Below are positions 19,597 to 29,331 of a stretch of 64,000 nt of DNA, in pieces. The DNA lies in contig CALVNN010000001.1 of NCBI GenBank assembly GCA_944349765.1, forward strand, positions 749-64,748, given 5' to 3'. The position numbers and the translations under genes are program-made. Within the stretch, counting starts at the first letter, position 1. Each line of letters opens with the position of its first letter. Under the pieces are notes generated by a model that saw only the letters and a list, made by a program, of their open reading frames with translations, was not told the origin of the DNA and searched no databases. This DNA comes from an uncultured Clostridia bacterium. GTDB lineage: Bacteria; Bacillota; Clostridia; Christensenellales; UBA1242.

Positions 19597-21117
19597 ATGA
19601 TTAAGACAAAGAGACGAAATACATATTTAATATTTATAACAATAGGCGTACTAGCTATATTAGGTATTACTTTGGCTAGTGCTTTTAGCGCGAGTAAAAC
19701 AACCGATATAAATGTGTATCCTGTTATGCTAGATACTAATATAGATTTAGTAGAAAATCTACAGGATGTTGTATTTGGTGAAACTATAGTAAATGGTATA
19801 TCTTTTAGTAAGGCAGACACAGGCAAGGAGATGTATGTTCGAGCCGAACTTAAGTATTATAAGTATGGTACATTAAGTGATGAGGATAAGAGATTTTTAC
19901 TGGCAATAAATTATGACGATGTACAGACTTTTGAGTCTACTACTTATAAATGGGTACGAGGCGAAGACGGATATTACTATTTAACTGACCTTGATGGTAA
20001 TCCACTAAAGGTGACAGGTGATGATAACTACATCTTTTGTGAGAGTATTACCTATCAAGGAGCTAAACTCATAAATAATGATACTCCAGCACCCCTAGAA
20101 CTAAAATTAAAGGCAGAGATACAAGCAATAAACGCTAAAAATGCGACAAATATTACATTATCTAATCTAACTACATTATTTAATACATATTTTGAAGCCG
20201 ACTCACTACTTGGCTACATAGTAACTTTTGATACAGCCGGTGCGGGGTTTATCTCAGCCCAGACCTTTCTTAATAACGGACTTACACTGGATGAGCCTGC
20301 TGAACCCTCAAAACTTGGATATAAATTTATGGGGTGGTCTTTAAATGGTACAGATGTGATTGATATAACTAATAGACCTATAACTGAAAATATAACTTTT
20401 ATTGCGGTTTGGAGTCTTGCTTACACAGTGACATATTACAATGAAGATTTATCAACAGTATACAGAACTAATACTATAATTGCTGGAGATACGTTACCAA
20501 TTATGTCTTATAAACCAATCAATCAATACACAAAGTTTGTTGGTTGGAGCTTAGATAAAAACAAATTAATTTCTAGTGATTATATTGTATCTGGTAATAT
20601 TTCGTTGTATCCTTTAGTTTGTGATGTTTACACGGGTGTTTGGACTTATGATAATTATACATTAACTATATACGCAAATGGAGCAATGACTTTGTCTCCT
20701 TCAGTACCTAATTTTTATCGTACAGAAAATGGGGGCGTTTACATTAGTGATGGTGATGTCTTTGAATATACTTTAGTTTATGATGCAGATACAAATACAC
20801 TTATTGATAATAATCATTCCGTAGTCTGGGTTAATACAGAAAACTATATAACTGGGGACAATGTGTTTTTTGAAACTGGTAGGTATGAAACCACAGATGG
20901 TAAATTCTGGATAGAAGTATCTTCATCGGGTGAATTATCTCATAGTTATTTTGGTTATGCCAGTTCTTTAATAATTGGACCTGCTAAATATGTCATCATT
21001 GGAAATAATGTTATAGGTGATGGTATTGGTTTTACATTTGAAATGATTAATGAACAAACGATAAGAGTTTACCTTACGGGATTTTTTGGCTATGATCACA
21101 CTTTAACAAAAGTTTAA
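19597..21117 (+). CDS. Exported protein, paralogue 1: TasA/camelysin-like N-terminal domain plus Listeria-Bacteroides (Flg_new) repeats plus a unique C-terminus
   Basis: N-terminal anchor or signal resembling a SipW-type signal. Conserved blocks MYVRAELKYY, KRFLLAINYD, YKWVRGEDGYYYLT, LKLKAEIQAI, GYIVTFDT. Flg_new-like KLGYKFMGWS...ITFIAVW. Confidence 0.7.
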   Translation: MIKTKRRNTYLIFITIGVLAILGITLASAFSASKTTDINVYPVMLDTNIDLVENLQDVVFGETIVNGISFSKADTGKEMYVRAELKYYKYGTLSDEDKRFLLAINYDDVQTFESTTYKWVRGEDGYYYLTDLDGNPLKVTGDDNYIFCESITYQGAKLINNDTPAPLELKLKAEIQAINAKNATNITLSNLTTLFNTYFEADSLLGYIVTFDTAGAGFISAQTFLNNGLTLDEPAEPSKLGYKFMGWSLNGTDVIDITNRPITENITFIAVWSLAYTVTYYNEDLSTVYRTNTIIAGDTLPIMSYKPINQYTKFVGWSLDKNKLISSDYIVSGNISLYPLVCDVYTGVWTYDNYTLTIYANGAMTLSPSVPNFYRTENGGVYISDGDVFEYTLVYDADTNTLIDNNHSVVWVNTENYITGDNVFFETGRYETTDGKFWIEVSSSGELSHSYFGYASSLIIGPAKYVIIGNNVIGDGIGFTFEMINEQTIRVYLTGFFGYDHTLTKV

Positions 21118-21362
21118 ACTTCCAATTATTAAGGTTTGAAGACAATTTATTTGCATTTTCACCTCAAAAAATGACATTTATGTATTAATTAGTAAAAATT
21201 GTATACATATTTGTGTCTAAAATAATGTAAAATAAATGTAATGAAAATTAATATGTTTTATTAAAATATGTTGTTTTTCATTTGACATACTATTTTCTAT
21301 TTGCTAGAATTCAAGATGGTATTGATGTGTTTCGATACTAATCTTAAAAAGGAGGAAGGATA

Positions 21363-21866
21363 GTGAAGATTACAAAGATAGTTGCATCTATATGCTTAGT
21401 GCTTTTCGCTGGCGTACTAATGGTAGGATGTGGTATGACTACCAAAGACGGTGGTACACTAGTACATACGCCTACTATTACCAACTGGTATGAGTATGAA
21501 AGCGAACAATACTTGGATACATCTATAAATATTAATTTTGACGAGATTAATATAGTAGATATTACCAAGATTACATTTGAGCTATATGATGGTGATACTT
21601 TGTTAGGTAATGCAGTATCTGAGGGCGAAAATCTTGAGACTTTACTTAAAGATTGCGCACAATACTGGGGTGCTACAGCCGAAACTTATACTGAAGTTAC
21701 TGGCGATAGAACTTTAAGTTGTGCGTTCCAACCTAGAACTGAATCTGAAGACAATGGCTTCTGGGTACGTTCTGAATGTACTGCTGTAACTACTGAAGTA
21801 CCTGACAAATTAGTAGTAAAAGTAGTTGTAGATAACGTTGAATATGTTTCAACTTCAGGTGAGTAA
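21363..21866 (+). CDS. Hypothetical lipoprotein
   Basis: GTG start after GGAGGAAGG. Lipobox LMVGC. Confidence 0.6.
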   Translation: MKITKIVASICLVLFAGVLMVGCGMTTKDGGTLVHTPTITNWYEYESEQYLDTSININFDEINIVDITKITFELYDGDTLLGNAVSEGENLETLLKDCAQYWGATAETYTEVTGDRTLSCAFQPRTESEDNGFWVRSECTAVTTEVPDKLVVKVVVDNVEYVSTSGE

Positions 21867-21874
21867 TTAGTCAT

Positions 21875-21912
21875 GACAGTTGTGCTAAAGATTAGCACGC
21901 TGTCTTTTTTTT
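21875..21912. terminator. Bidirectional terminator
   Basis: GACAG..GTGCTA/TAGCAC..CTGTC hairpin followed by T8. Confidence 0.6.
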
Positions 21913-21919
21913 ATTTAAT

Positions 21920-23179
21920 TTAAGCTGGATTGTCTTCTAAAAGGCTTAGTGCATGTGATATAGCTAGTTTGCCATATTCGTATGTTAAAGACCCTTGCAT
22001 ATATATGGTATAAGGTGGGACTACAGGAGCATCGCAAGTAAGCTCAATTGTAGAGCCATTTGTAAAGGTTCCCGCTGCCATAATCTCTTCGTGTGGGTAC
22101 CCTGGAAACTCGCTAGGTACTGGCGTAACAAAGCTATCTATAGGGGACGCCTCTTGTATACCTTGACAAAACTTCTCCAAATTTTCTTGCGTTTCCAAAT
22201 CAAAAGTTTGCACTATATCTGTTCTATATGCATCATATCTAGGCGAGATACCCTTATAGCCTAATTTTTCCAATACGTAGCTTGTAAATATTGCCGTCTT
22301 TACTGCTTGACATACAGTCTGAGGAGCAAGATATAGTCCTCTTAAAAATTTATTATGTTGATTATAGTTTGCCCCTAACTCCTTAGCTATACCAGGTGCG
22401 GTAAAACGGTCAGCTATTTGCTCTAATAGCTCTGCCTTACCCGCAATATACCCACCAGAAGTCGCCACTCCGCCACCTAAGTTATGCATTAAAGAACCAG
22501 CAATGACGTCGACACCTACTTCGGTAGGCTCTTTTGTCTCAACAAACTCACCATAGCAATTATCGGCAAATATGATAACATTAGGGTCAATTGATTTTAT
22601 AAGTTTACAAACTTTCTCAATTTTTTCTATATTTATTCCTTCTCTGCGTGCATAACCTCTAGACCTTTGTATATGGGCGAGCTTTACACCGCCTTGTTTT
22701 ATTCTCTTTTCAATAGCGTCATAATCAAAGTCACTGTCAATAAGCTCAATTTGCTCATAATTTATACCATTATTTTTGAAAGAGTGCGGGCTGTTGCCTA
22801 TAGTACCTACCATATTTTGAAGTGGGTCGTAAGGTGCTCCGCATATAGATATCATAGTGTCGCCGTGGTGAAGCAATCCCGAAAGCGTTATCCATATAGC
22901 ATTAGTACCGCTCATTATTTGTGGTCTAACTAAAGCGTCTTCACAACCAAATACTTCAGCAAAAAGAGCCTCTATCTTATCTCGCCCACTATCAAAAAAT
23001 CCATAACCATTTATCTCTTGAAATGTCTCGTATGTAATCCTATTGTTGATAAAGGCTTGTAATACTTTTTTGCTGTTTATCTTGCAAACTTCTTCTACTT
23101 TATCAAAAATTGGCTTTAGATTTTCTTCTGCCTCTTTTTCAAGTGCTGATAATTTTGAGTTAATAAATAGTTTTGCCAT
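21920..23179 (-). CDS. ynbB: Methionine gamma-lyase family protein (YnbB / aluminium-resistance family, PLP-dependent)
   Basis: N-terminal pattern and length are typical of the YnbB family (INGYGFFDSGRDKIEALFAEVFG). Confidence 0.7.
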   Translation of the reverse strand: MAKLFINSKLSALEKEAEENLKPIFDKVEEVCKINSKKVLQAFINNRITYETFQEINGYGFFDSGRDKIEALFAEVFGCEDALVRPQIMSGTNAIWITLSGLLHHGDTMISICGAPYDPLQNMVGTIGNSPHSFKNNGINYEQIELIDSDFDYDAIEKRIKQGGVKLAHIQRSRGYARREGINIEKIEKVCKLIKSIDPNVIIFADNCYGEFVETKEPTEVGVDVIAGSLMHNLGGGVATSGGYIAGKAELLEQIADRFTAPGIAKELGANYNQHNKFLRGLYLAPQTVCQAVKTAIFTSYVLEKLGYKGISPRYDAYRTDIVQTFDLETQENLEKFCQGIQEASPIDSFVTPVPSEFPGYPHEEIMAAGTFTNGSTIELTCDAPVVPPYTIYMQGSLTYEYGKLAISHALSLLEDNPA

Positions 23180-23315
23180 AAAAATATCTCCTATTACTTA
23201 TAATAGCACATTTTCATCAATGTGTCTAGATCCTCTAATTACATTATTAATGAGAGACTAGTAAATGGGTGGTAAATATTATAATGAAAATTTTTTATTA
23301 ACTTTTTATTGTATC

Positions 23316-23344
23316 TTGACAAATCAAAAAAAATGACATAGAAT
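23316..23344 (+). promoter_or_regulatory. Sigma-A-type promoter of pnuC
   Basis: TTGACA, 17 nt, TAGAAT. Confidence 0.55.
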
Positions 23345-23377
23345 GAGTATTATCATTAATTTTAAGGACAATTACAT

Positions 23378-24220
23378 ATGGAAAGCAAGATTAAATATTT
23401 ATGGAATTATTTTACTACGTATGAAAAAATTTGGTTTTTTGTCTTTACGGCACTAACAATAATAGTATCAATCATTATTCCTGAGGAAACTACCAATGGC
23501 ATAAGCGGTACATTACTAACGGTACTTTATCTATTTAATGTCATTTTGGGTATATTATGTGAATTACTGACCTCTAAGCAGAGCAAATGGAGCTTTTTTA
23601 TTTACATATTCGTTGAGATACTTGAGATAACAAAATTTATACTACTGAGTGCTATGTTCTCTAGTATGATAGTTAGTTTATTCTTTTGGCTTCCTATGCA
23701 CATCATATCTTTTATAAGTTGGCATAAACACGAAGACGAAGATAATAAAGAAGTAACCGTAGTCCGTTCCCTTAAGCCTTGGCATGCGACTATACTTTTT
23801 GCAGGCGTAGCTATATGGACAGCAGGTATGGGATACATATTTGCAGCATATGCTCCAGATTCTGAGCTATTTAGTAATGATGCTACAAAGGTAGCAGTAT
23901 CTTATTTGGATGCTTGCGTAAGTGCACTTTCTATAGCTAATGGTATATTACTGTATTTTAGGTTTAAAGAAAATTGGATGGTATGGCTAGCAGCATCTAT
24001 TTTAAGTATAGTAGTTATGGCACTTACGGGGTTATGGGTATTTATCGTATTGCAATTAGGATATATCACAAATACTATTTATGGGTATTTGAAATGGACA
24101 AAATACATCAAAGAGAATCAAAACCAGCCTAAAGATGATAGCACTAATCAGGATGCGAAGCCTCAAGAAGTGCTGACGACGGATGCTAACGGCGAAGAAA
24201 CTAGTTTGCAAAAAAATTAA
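23378..24220 (+). CDS. pnuC: Nicotinamide riboside transporter PnuC
   Basis: Polytopic protein. LDACVSALSIANGILLYFRFKENWMVWL block and C-terminal IYGYLKW are typical of PnuC. Confidence 0.7.
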   Translation: MESKIKYLWNYFTTYEKIWFFVFTALTIIVSIIIPEETTNGISGTLLTVLYLFNVILGILCELLTSKQSKWSFFIYIFVEILEITKFILLSAMFSSMIVSLFFWLPMHIISFISWHKHEDEDNKEVTVVRSLKPWHATILFAGVAIWTAGMGYIFAAYAPDSELFSNDATKVAVSYLDACVSALSIANGILLYFRFKENWMVWLAASILSIVVMALTGLWVFIVLQLGYITNTIYGYLKWTKYIKENQNQPKDDSTNQDAKPQEVLTTDANGEETSLQKN

Positions 24221-24340
24221 TAGGTTAAAGATTTACAAAAAGTAGCGAGTAAATTACTTGCTTCTTTTGTCTTTTATAGACATTTTTTTATGTTGCTATA
24301 AATAAAAAATTGTGTTAAACTTTCTCTAAAAGGAGTGTGT

Positions 24341-25567
24341 ATGAAAAGTAAATTAAGAAAATATGCTGAATTAACTGTAAAATTAGGAGCTAATGTCCAA
24401 GAGGGACAGTATGTCATGATTTTTTCATCTATTGCAAATCGTAAATTTGCAAGGATGCTGGTTGAAGAGTGTTACAAGTGCAAAGCAAAGAAAGTTATGG
24501 TAGAATGGTCAGACGAGAAGGTCGCTAGATTGACTTATGAAAATTGTAGTACTGAGACGTTAAGTACCATAGAGGATTGGAAGGTGGAGAAATACAAATG
24601 GCGTAGAGACAATTTACCAGCACTAATCCATATTGAAGATGAAGACCCAGATTTGTTAAAAGGTATTGACCCAGAAAAGGTAGCCAAGGCTAATCAAGCT
24701 ATGATGAAGCTAATCAAGCCTATACGCGATGAAATGGAAGATAAATATCAATGGACTATTGTGGCTATGCCATCTAAGCAATGGGCCAAAAAAGTATTCC
24801 CAGATCTAAAGGCAAAAGACGCTAAAAAAAGATTGCTTGAGCAGATTTTTAGGATATGTAGAATTAGTGATGATAACGACCCAATTGAAGAGTGGAATAG
24901 ACACAATGCCACACTTCAAGAAAAGTGCGATAAGTTAAACGATCTAAACTTTGAGTATTTACATTATACCAATAATATAGGAACTGATTTGATGGTCGGT
25001 CTGGCTGATGGACACAAATGGGCAGGAGGAATGGAAAAGACTCTATCTGGGACTCCATTCAATCCGAATATGCCGACAGAGGAAGTATTTACTATGCCTC
25101 ATAGAGAGAAAGTGAATGGTACGTTAGTCGCAACCAAGCCTTTTGTATACAATGGACTAATTATAGAGGGAATGAGATTTGAATTCAAAGACGGCAAGGC
25201 TATAAAAGCTACAGCGACTACCAATGAAGATGCACTTCTTCAAATGTTAAAAATGGATGCTAATAGTGACAGATTAGGAGAAGTAGCTCTTGTGCCGTTT
25301 GATAGTCCTATCCAAAAAAGTGAAATATTATTTTATACTACGCTTATTGACGAAAATGCAAGTTGCCATTTTGCTTTTGGTGAGTCTTACGCAATGACTC
25401 TAAATGGTAGCGAGAATATGACAGAAGAGGAAAGAACGGCAAAAGGAGCTAACTCTAGTATCATTCACGAGGATTTTATGGTGGGGAGTAGTGATTTGGA
25501 TATAGTCGGTATCAAGCATAATGGCGAAAAAGTGCAAGTATTTAAAAACGGCAATTTTGTTATTTGA
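24341..25567 (+). CDS. M29 family aminopeptidase (AmpS/PepS type)
   Basis: Length and motifs EVALVPFDSPI and DENASCHFAFG. Confidence 0.8.
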   Translation: MKSKLRKYAELTVKLGANVQEGQYVMIFSSIANRKFARMLVEECYKCKAKKVMVEWSDEKVARLTYENCSTETLSTIEDWKVEKYKWRRDNLPALIHIEDEDPDLLKGIDPEKVAKANQAMMKLIKPIRDEMEDKYQWTIVAMPSKQWAKKVFPDLKAKDAKKRLLEQIFRICRISDDNDPIEEWNRHNATLQEKCDKLNDLNFEYLHYTNNIGTDLMVGLADGHKWAGGMEKTLSGTPFNPNMPTEEVFTMPHREKVNGTLVATKPFVYNGLIIEGMRFEFKDGKAIKATATTNEDALLQMLKMDANSDRLGEVALVPFDSPIQKSEILFYTTLIDENASCHFAFGESYAMTLNGSENMTEEERTAKGANSSIIHEDFMVGSSDLDIVGIKHNGEKVQVFKNGNFVI

Positions 25568-25572
25568 TTTAT

Positions 25573-25599
25573 GTAGCGAATAGTTTCGCTACTTTTTTT
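25573..25599 (+). terminator. Rho-independent terminator
   Basis: GTAGCGAA/TTCGCTAC stem followed by T7. Confidence 0.7.
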
Positions 25600-25734
25600 A
25601 TATAACTAGCATTTTAAGAGATTGTAAGACAAATTAATAAAATGTAACTTTTGATTGACAATATTTTTAGTTTATTGTAGTATATTATTAAGATAAATAG
25701 TATTTTTATCAAAATATTATAGGAGCTATTTTTA

Positions 25735-26868
25735 ATGGGGTTATTTGATTTTATTAAAAGACAATTATTAGAAGTCATTCAATATAAAGACACGGATAAA
25801 GATACCATTGTTTGGCGTTTTAATCTAAAGGACAGAGAGGAAATAATGAATAGTTCTACACTTATTGTAGGACCTAATCAGACCGCTATCTTCGTGCATA
25901 AAGGTCAGGTTTGTGACATCTTTGGACCAGGTACTTATAAGTTAGCGACAGAAAATATTCCTTTTTTAACCAAACTCTTGTCGCTACCAACTGGTGGTAA
26001 TTCCCCTATAGATGCTGACGTATATTTTATAAATATGCAACAATTTACTGGTATTAAGTGGGGCACTCAAAACCCAATTATGATGCGTGATGCTGACTTT
26101 GGGAATATAAGACTTAGAGGCTATGGCGTGTATTCATTTAGGGTGGATAATCCTAAGGCGTTTATGACCGAAATGTTTGGTCAAAGTGAAGTGTATAGAG
26201 TGGAAGATGTAGAAGAACAAATCAAGCCTATGATTATCCAATCACTTACCGACGCTATCGCTGAGAGTAAAATTTCAGCACTAGATCTAGCTGCAAACTA
26301 TGAAGAGTTTTCAAACAATGTTGTCGAGTGTGCAAAAGATAAATTTAGCAATTTGGGTCTAGAACTTTGCACTATTGTTATAGAAAACTTATCGCTTCCA
26401 GAAGAAGTCGAGAAAGCTCTTGACGAGAGGACCAAACTTGGCGTACTTGAAGACAAAATGGGTACTTATACTCAATATCAAGCTGCTAACGCTATGAGAG
26501 ATGCGGCACAAAATGAAAGTGATGGAAATCTAGCTGGCTTAGGTATAGGATTGGGTGCTGGGACGGCTATGGGAAATCTTTTTGCACAGGGGCTTAATAT
26601 GCAAAACCCAACTAAGGATAATGGTAATGCTAATAAGACTCAATGTGTAAAATGTGGAGCTAGCATAAATACAAATGCAAAATTCTGCCCAGAATGTGGT
26701 GCTTCGCAAGGTAACACTTGTGCAAAATGCGGTGCTAGTATCTCAAAAAATGCGAAATTCTGTCCAGAATGTGGGACTCCTACTGGTGTGCAATGTCCTA
26801 AATGTGGAAAAGTTTTAAAGAAAGGTACTAAATTTTGTCCAGAATGTGGAGAAAAAATAAATGAATAA
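25735..26868 (+). CDS. SPFH-domain protein (YdjI-like) with three tandem C-terminal zinc ribbons
   Basis: SPFH/virion-core-like N-terminal body. C-terminus has CVKCG..CPECG, CAKCG..CPECG and CPKCG..CPECG. Confidence 0.75.
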   Translation: MGLFDFIKRQLLEVIQYKDTDKDTIVWRFNLKDREEIMNSSTLIVGPNQTAIFVHKGQVCDIFGPGTYKLATENIPFLTKLLSLPTGGNSPIDADVYFINMQQFTGIKWGTQNPIMMRDADFGNIRLRGYGVYSFRVDNPKAFMTEMFGQSEVYRVEDVEEQIKPMIIQSLTDAIAESKISALDLAANYEEFSNNVVECAKDKFSNLGLELCTIVIENLSLPEEVEKALDERTKLGVLEDKMGTYTQYQAANAMRDAAQNESDGNLAGLGIGLGAGTAMGNLFAQGLNMQNPTKDNGNANKTQCVKCGASINTNAKFCPECGASQGNTCAKCGASISKNAKFCPECGTPTGVQCPKCGKVLKKGTKFCPECGEKINE

Positions 26869-27922
26869 TAGCATTAAGCTAGAATCAATAGATAGTAAAT
26901 GTCCAAATTGTGGTAATAGTTTAAAATATTCGCCCGAAGATGTCGGTTTGAAGTGTGAGAGCTGTGGAACAAGAGAGGTCGTTGAGTACTCAGTACAAAA
27001 TAAAAAACAACCTTATGACAATGTAAATGATGATGAAATAGTAGCGTGGCAAAAATCAAAAAAACATATTAAGTGTAAGAGTTGTGGGTCTACCATAGAG
27101 CTAGAAAACAATGAGATATCCATAGATTGTCCATATTGTGATAGTCAAAATGTTGTTGCACAAAAGGACATCAAAGGGCTTAATCCGTCATTTTTAATTA
27201 AGTTTACTTTTGGAAGAAAGACCGCTTTAGCTAAGTTCAAAGAGCAAGTGAAAAAGAAGTTTTTTGTGCCACGACCTTTTAAAAAAGATATACCAGAAAA
27301 TCAAATTGAAGGGTTCTATTTCCCAGCTTTTAGCTTTGATGCCGATTCTGTTTCCGCCTATTCGGGTAGGTTATACAGATACGAAAGCAGAGGCTATGGA
27401 GACAAAGCACGCACGGTCACGGTTTATTTTAATGTGAGTGGTTCGCTAGCTTTTAATCATAGGGATGTATTAGTTGAATCTAGCTCAAGGCTTAGTCAGT
27501 ATCAATTGGAACAAATGTTTCCGTATAATTTTGACCTAAAAGTCGATTTTAAGCCAGAGTACTTATTTGGTTACGTCGTGGAGCAGTATAACGAGCAGTT
27601 TGACAAAATAGTGGATAAAGTCGAATATATATTTAAAGACCAAATCAAGAGTGCTATCTTGAGGAAATATCATTACGACGGTGTAGAGCGGTTGGATGTA
27701 AATTCTAGCTTTAGTAACGAGTGGTTTGGTTACATTATGATGCCTGTGTATAGTTTTGAATATAATTACAAAAAGAAAAAATATCTTACCTATATGAATG
27801 GTCAGACAGGTAAAGTAGGCGGCGGATTGCCTATTTCGAAGATAAAGGTGGCTTTTTGCTCTATATTAGCCCTCTTGATAGTGGCAGTACCTGTCGTGCT
27901 TGCGATAATTTTTGGAGAATAA
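26861..27922 (+). CDS. Zinc-ribbon protein with C-terminal TM anchor (YdjG-like)
   Basis: Overlaps the upstream stop (ATGAATAA). Ribbons CPNCG..CESCG and CKSCG..CPYCD. NGQTGKVGGGLP motif, then the TM helix. Confidence 0.65.
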   Translation: MNNSIKLESIDSKCPNCGNSLKYSPEDVGLKCESCGTREVVEYSVQNKKQPYDNVNDDEIVAWQKSKKHIKCKSCGSTIELENNEISIDCPYCDSQNVVAQKDIKGLNPSFLIKFTFGRKTALAKFKEQVKKKFFVPRPFKKDIPENQIEGFYFPAFSFDADSVSAYSGRLYRYESRGYGDKARTVTVYFNVSGSLAFNHRDVLVESSSRLSQYQLEQMFPYNFDLKVDFKPEYLFGYVVEQYNEQFDKIVDKVEYIFKDQIKSAILRKYHYDGVERLDVNSSFSNEWFGYIMMPVYSFEYNYKKKKYLTYMNGQTGKVGGGLPISKIKVAFCSILALLIVAVPVVLAIIFGE

Positions 27923-27945
27923 AATAATAAAAAGGAATATATTAT

Positions 27946-28383
27946 ATGTTTAATGTGATTCAAAAAGGCAAGACTGCCTTAATAGTTCTGGGCGTGCTTG
28001 CGCTATTGTTTAGTATAGGATTTGCAGTTGGTGGAGTGTTGCTACTTATTGATGCGTTTACTGGAGAAGCCTTTGGTGTTGTGCAATTGATATTTGGTAT
28101 TATACTATGTATATTGTTTATACCTTTTATCATTATAGGTATCTACTTCGTTTGGATAGGTGCTGTTATGAAAGCTACAAAAGGCTCAGTAGTAGAAGGC
28201 AATGTCGGTATGGGCACTATGAATGCTACACTTTGTGATTATTGTGGAGCTCAAATAACTAATGAAAAATTTTGCCCAAATTGCGGTAGAAGCACAGACA
28301 AGAGCGTGTCTTGTCCAAAATGTGGTTTTTCAAATCATTCAAACAACTCTCATTGTGCCAACTGCGGTGAAATATTAAAATAA
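27946..28383 (+). CDS. Membrane protein with a C-terminal double zinc ribbon
   Basis: Two to three TM helices, then CDYCG..CPNCG and CPKCG..CANCG. Confidence 0.65.
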   Translation: MFNVIQKGKTALIVLGVLALLFSIGFAVGGVLLLIDAFTGEAFGVVQLIFGIILCILFIPFIIIGIYFVWIGAVMKATKGSVVEGNVGMGTMNATLCDYCGAQITNEKFCPNCGRSTDKSVSCPKCGFSNHSNNSHCANCGEILK

Positions 28384-28403
28384 TTTAATGACGCAAATGT
28401 TAA

Positions 28404-28440
28404 AAAAAATGACCTTATCAGTGAAGATAAGGTTTTTTGT
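28404..28440. terminator. Terminator of the SPFH/zinc-ribbon operon
   Basis: ACCTTATC/GATAAGGT stem flanked by A8 and T6. Confidence 0.7.
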
Positions 28441-28599
28441 TTTTTTTATTTAATTCATCTTACTAAAGTCCAGCAAGTTAAAAACATATTGATTATTTGA
28501 TTGTAGTTTTGCTTTTTTGGATTTTAATTCGTTGTTATACTCATTTTTCTTTGAAGTCAGACATATTTTTAATAATAACCTTTATTTAGGAGTAAGGAT

Positions 28600-29331
28600 A
28601 TGTTTGTATTTAAGAAAAAGAACGTCATCATTTTAGCGTTGTGTATAATTGCCGTATTGACAGTGTCGCTAGGGTCTTACTTTATCCAAGTCAATGCAAA
28701 TCGTCCAATATACGACTTTACTATTGTCATAGATGCTGGCCATGGAGGTATAGATGGTGGCGTAGTGGGATACAGCGGGGAGACTAAGGAGAGTGATATA
28801 AATCTCGAATACGCCCTTTGTCTTGAGAGCTATTTTAAATCACTTAATATAAATGTAGTGCAGACGCGTAAGACCAAAGACGGCTTATACGGTGCTTTTA
28901 GTAGCAACAAAAAAATAGATGATATGAAAAAACGTGAACAAATCATTGATGAGGCTAATGCGGATATAGTAATCAGTATACATCAAAATGGGTATATATT
29001 GCCTGATCAAAGGGGTATTTGTGCTTTTTTCAATCCTAATGTCCAAACAAGTCAAGATTTAGCTACTTATATGCAAGATGTCTTTAAGGAAAATCTAGAC
29101 AATGCTAGACAAGAAGCTTTAGCTGGTGATTATTTTATACTTAATTGTACAGACAGAACAAGCGTACTTATTGAATGCGGATTTTTGACAAATCCAGACG
29201 ATGAAAAACTTCTAAACACTACCGAATATAAGGAGAAACTTTGCTATACTATATTTTCTGCTGTGGTTGGGTATCTTATAGAAAATACGCAATTACAAAT
29301 ATTTAAAGATGAAAGTGTAGTAGAAAATTAG
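28600..29331 (+). CDS. cwlD: N-acetylmuramoyl-L-alanine amidase (CwlD-like, germination-specific type)
   Basis: N-terminal TM helix. Amidase_3 motifs IDAGHGGIDGG and ISIHQN. Confidence 0.8.
   Translation: MFVFKKKNVIILALCIIAVLTVSLGSYFIQVNANRPIYDFTIVIDAGHGGIDGGVVGYSGETKESDINLEYALCLESYFKSLNINVVQTRKTKDGLYGAFSSNKKIDDMKKREQIIDEANADIVISIHQNGYILPDQRGICAFFNPNVQTSQDLATYMQDVFKENLDNARQEALAGDYFILNCTDRTSVLIECGFLTNPDDEKLLNTTEYKEKLCYTIFSAVVGYLIENTQLQIFKDESVVEN

Noticed and set aside
23345-23377. NAD-related riboswitch upstream of pnuC
   Set aside because: The leader from the predicted -10 to the ATG is only ~35 nt and has no conserved structure.
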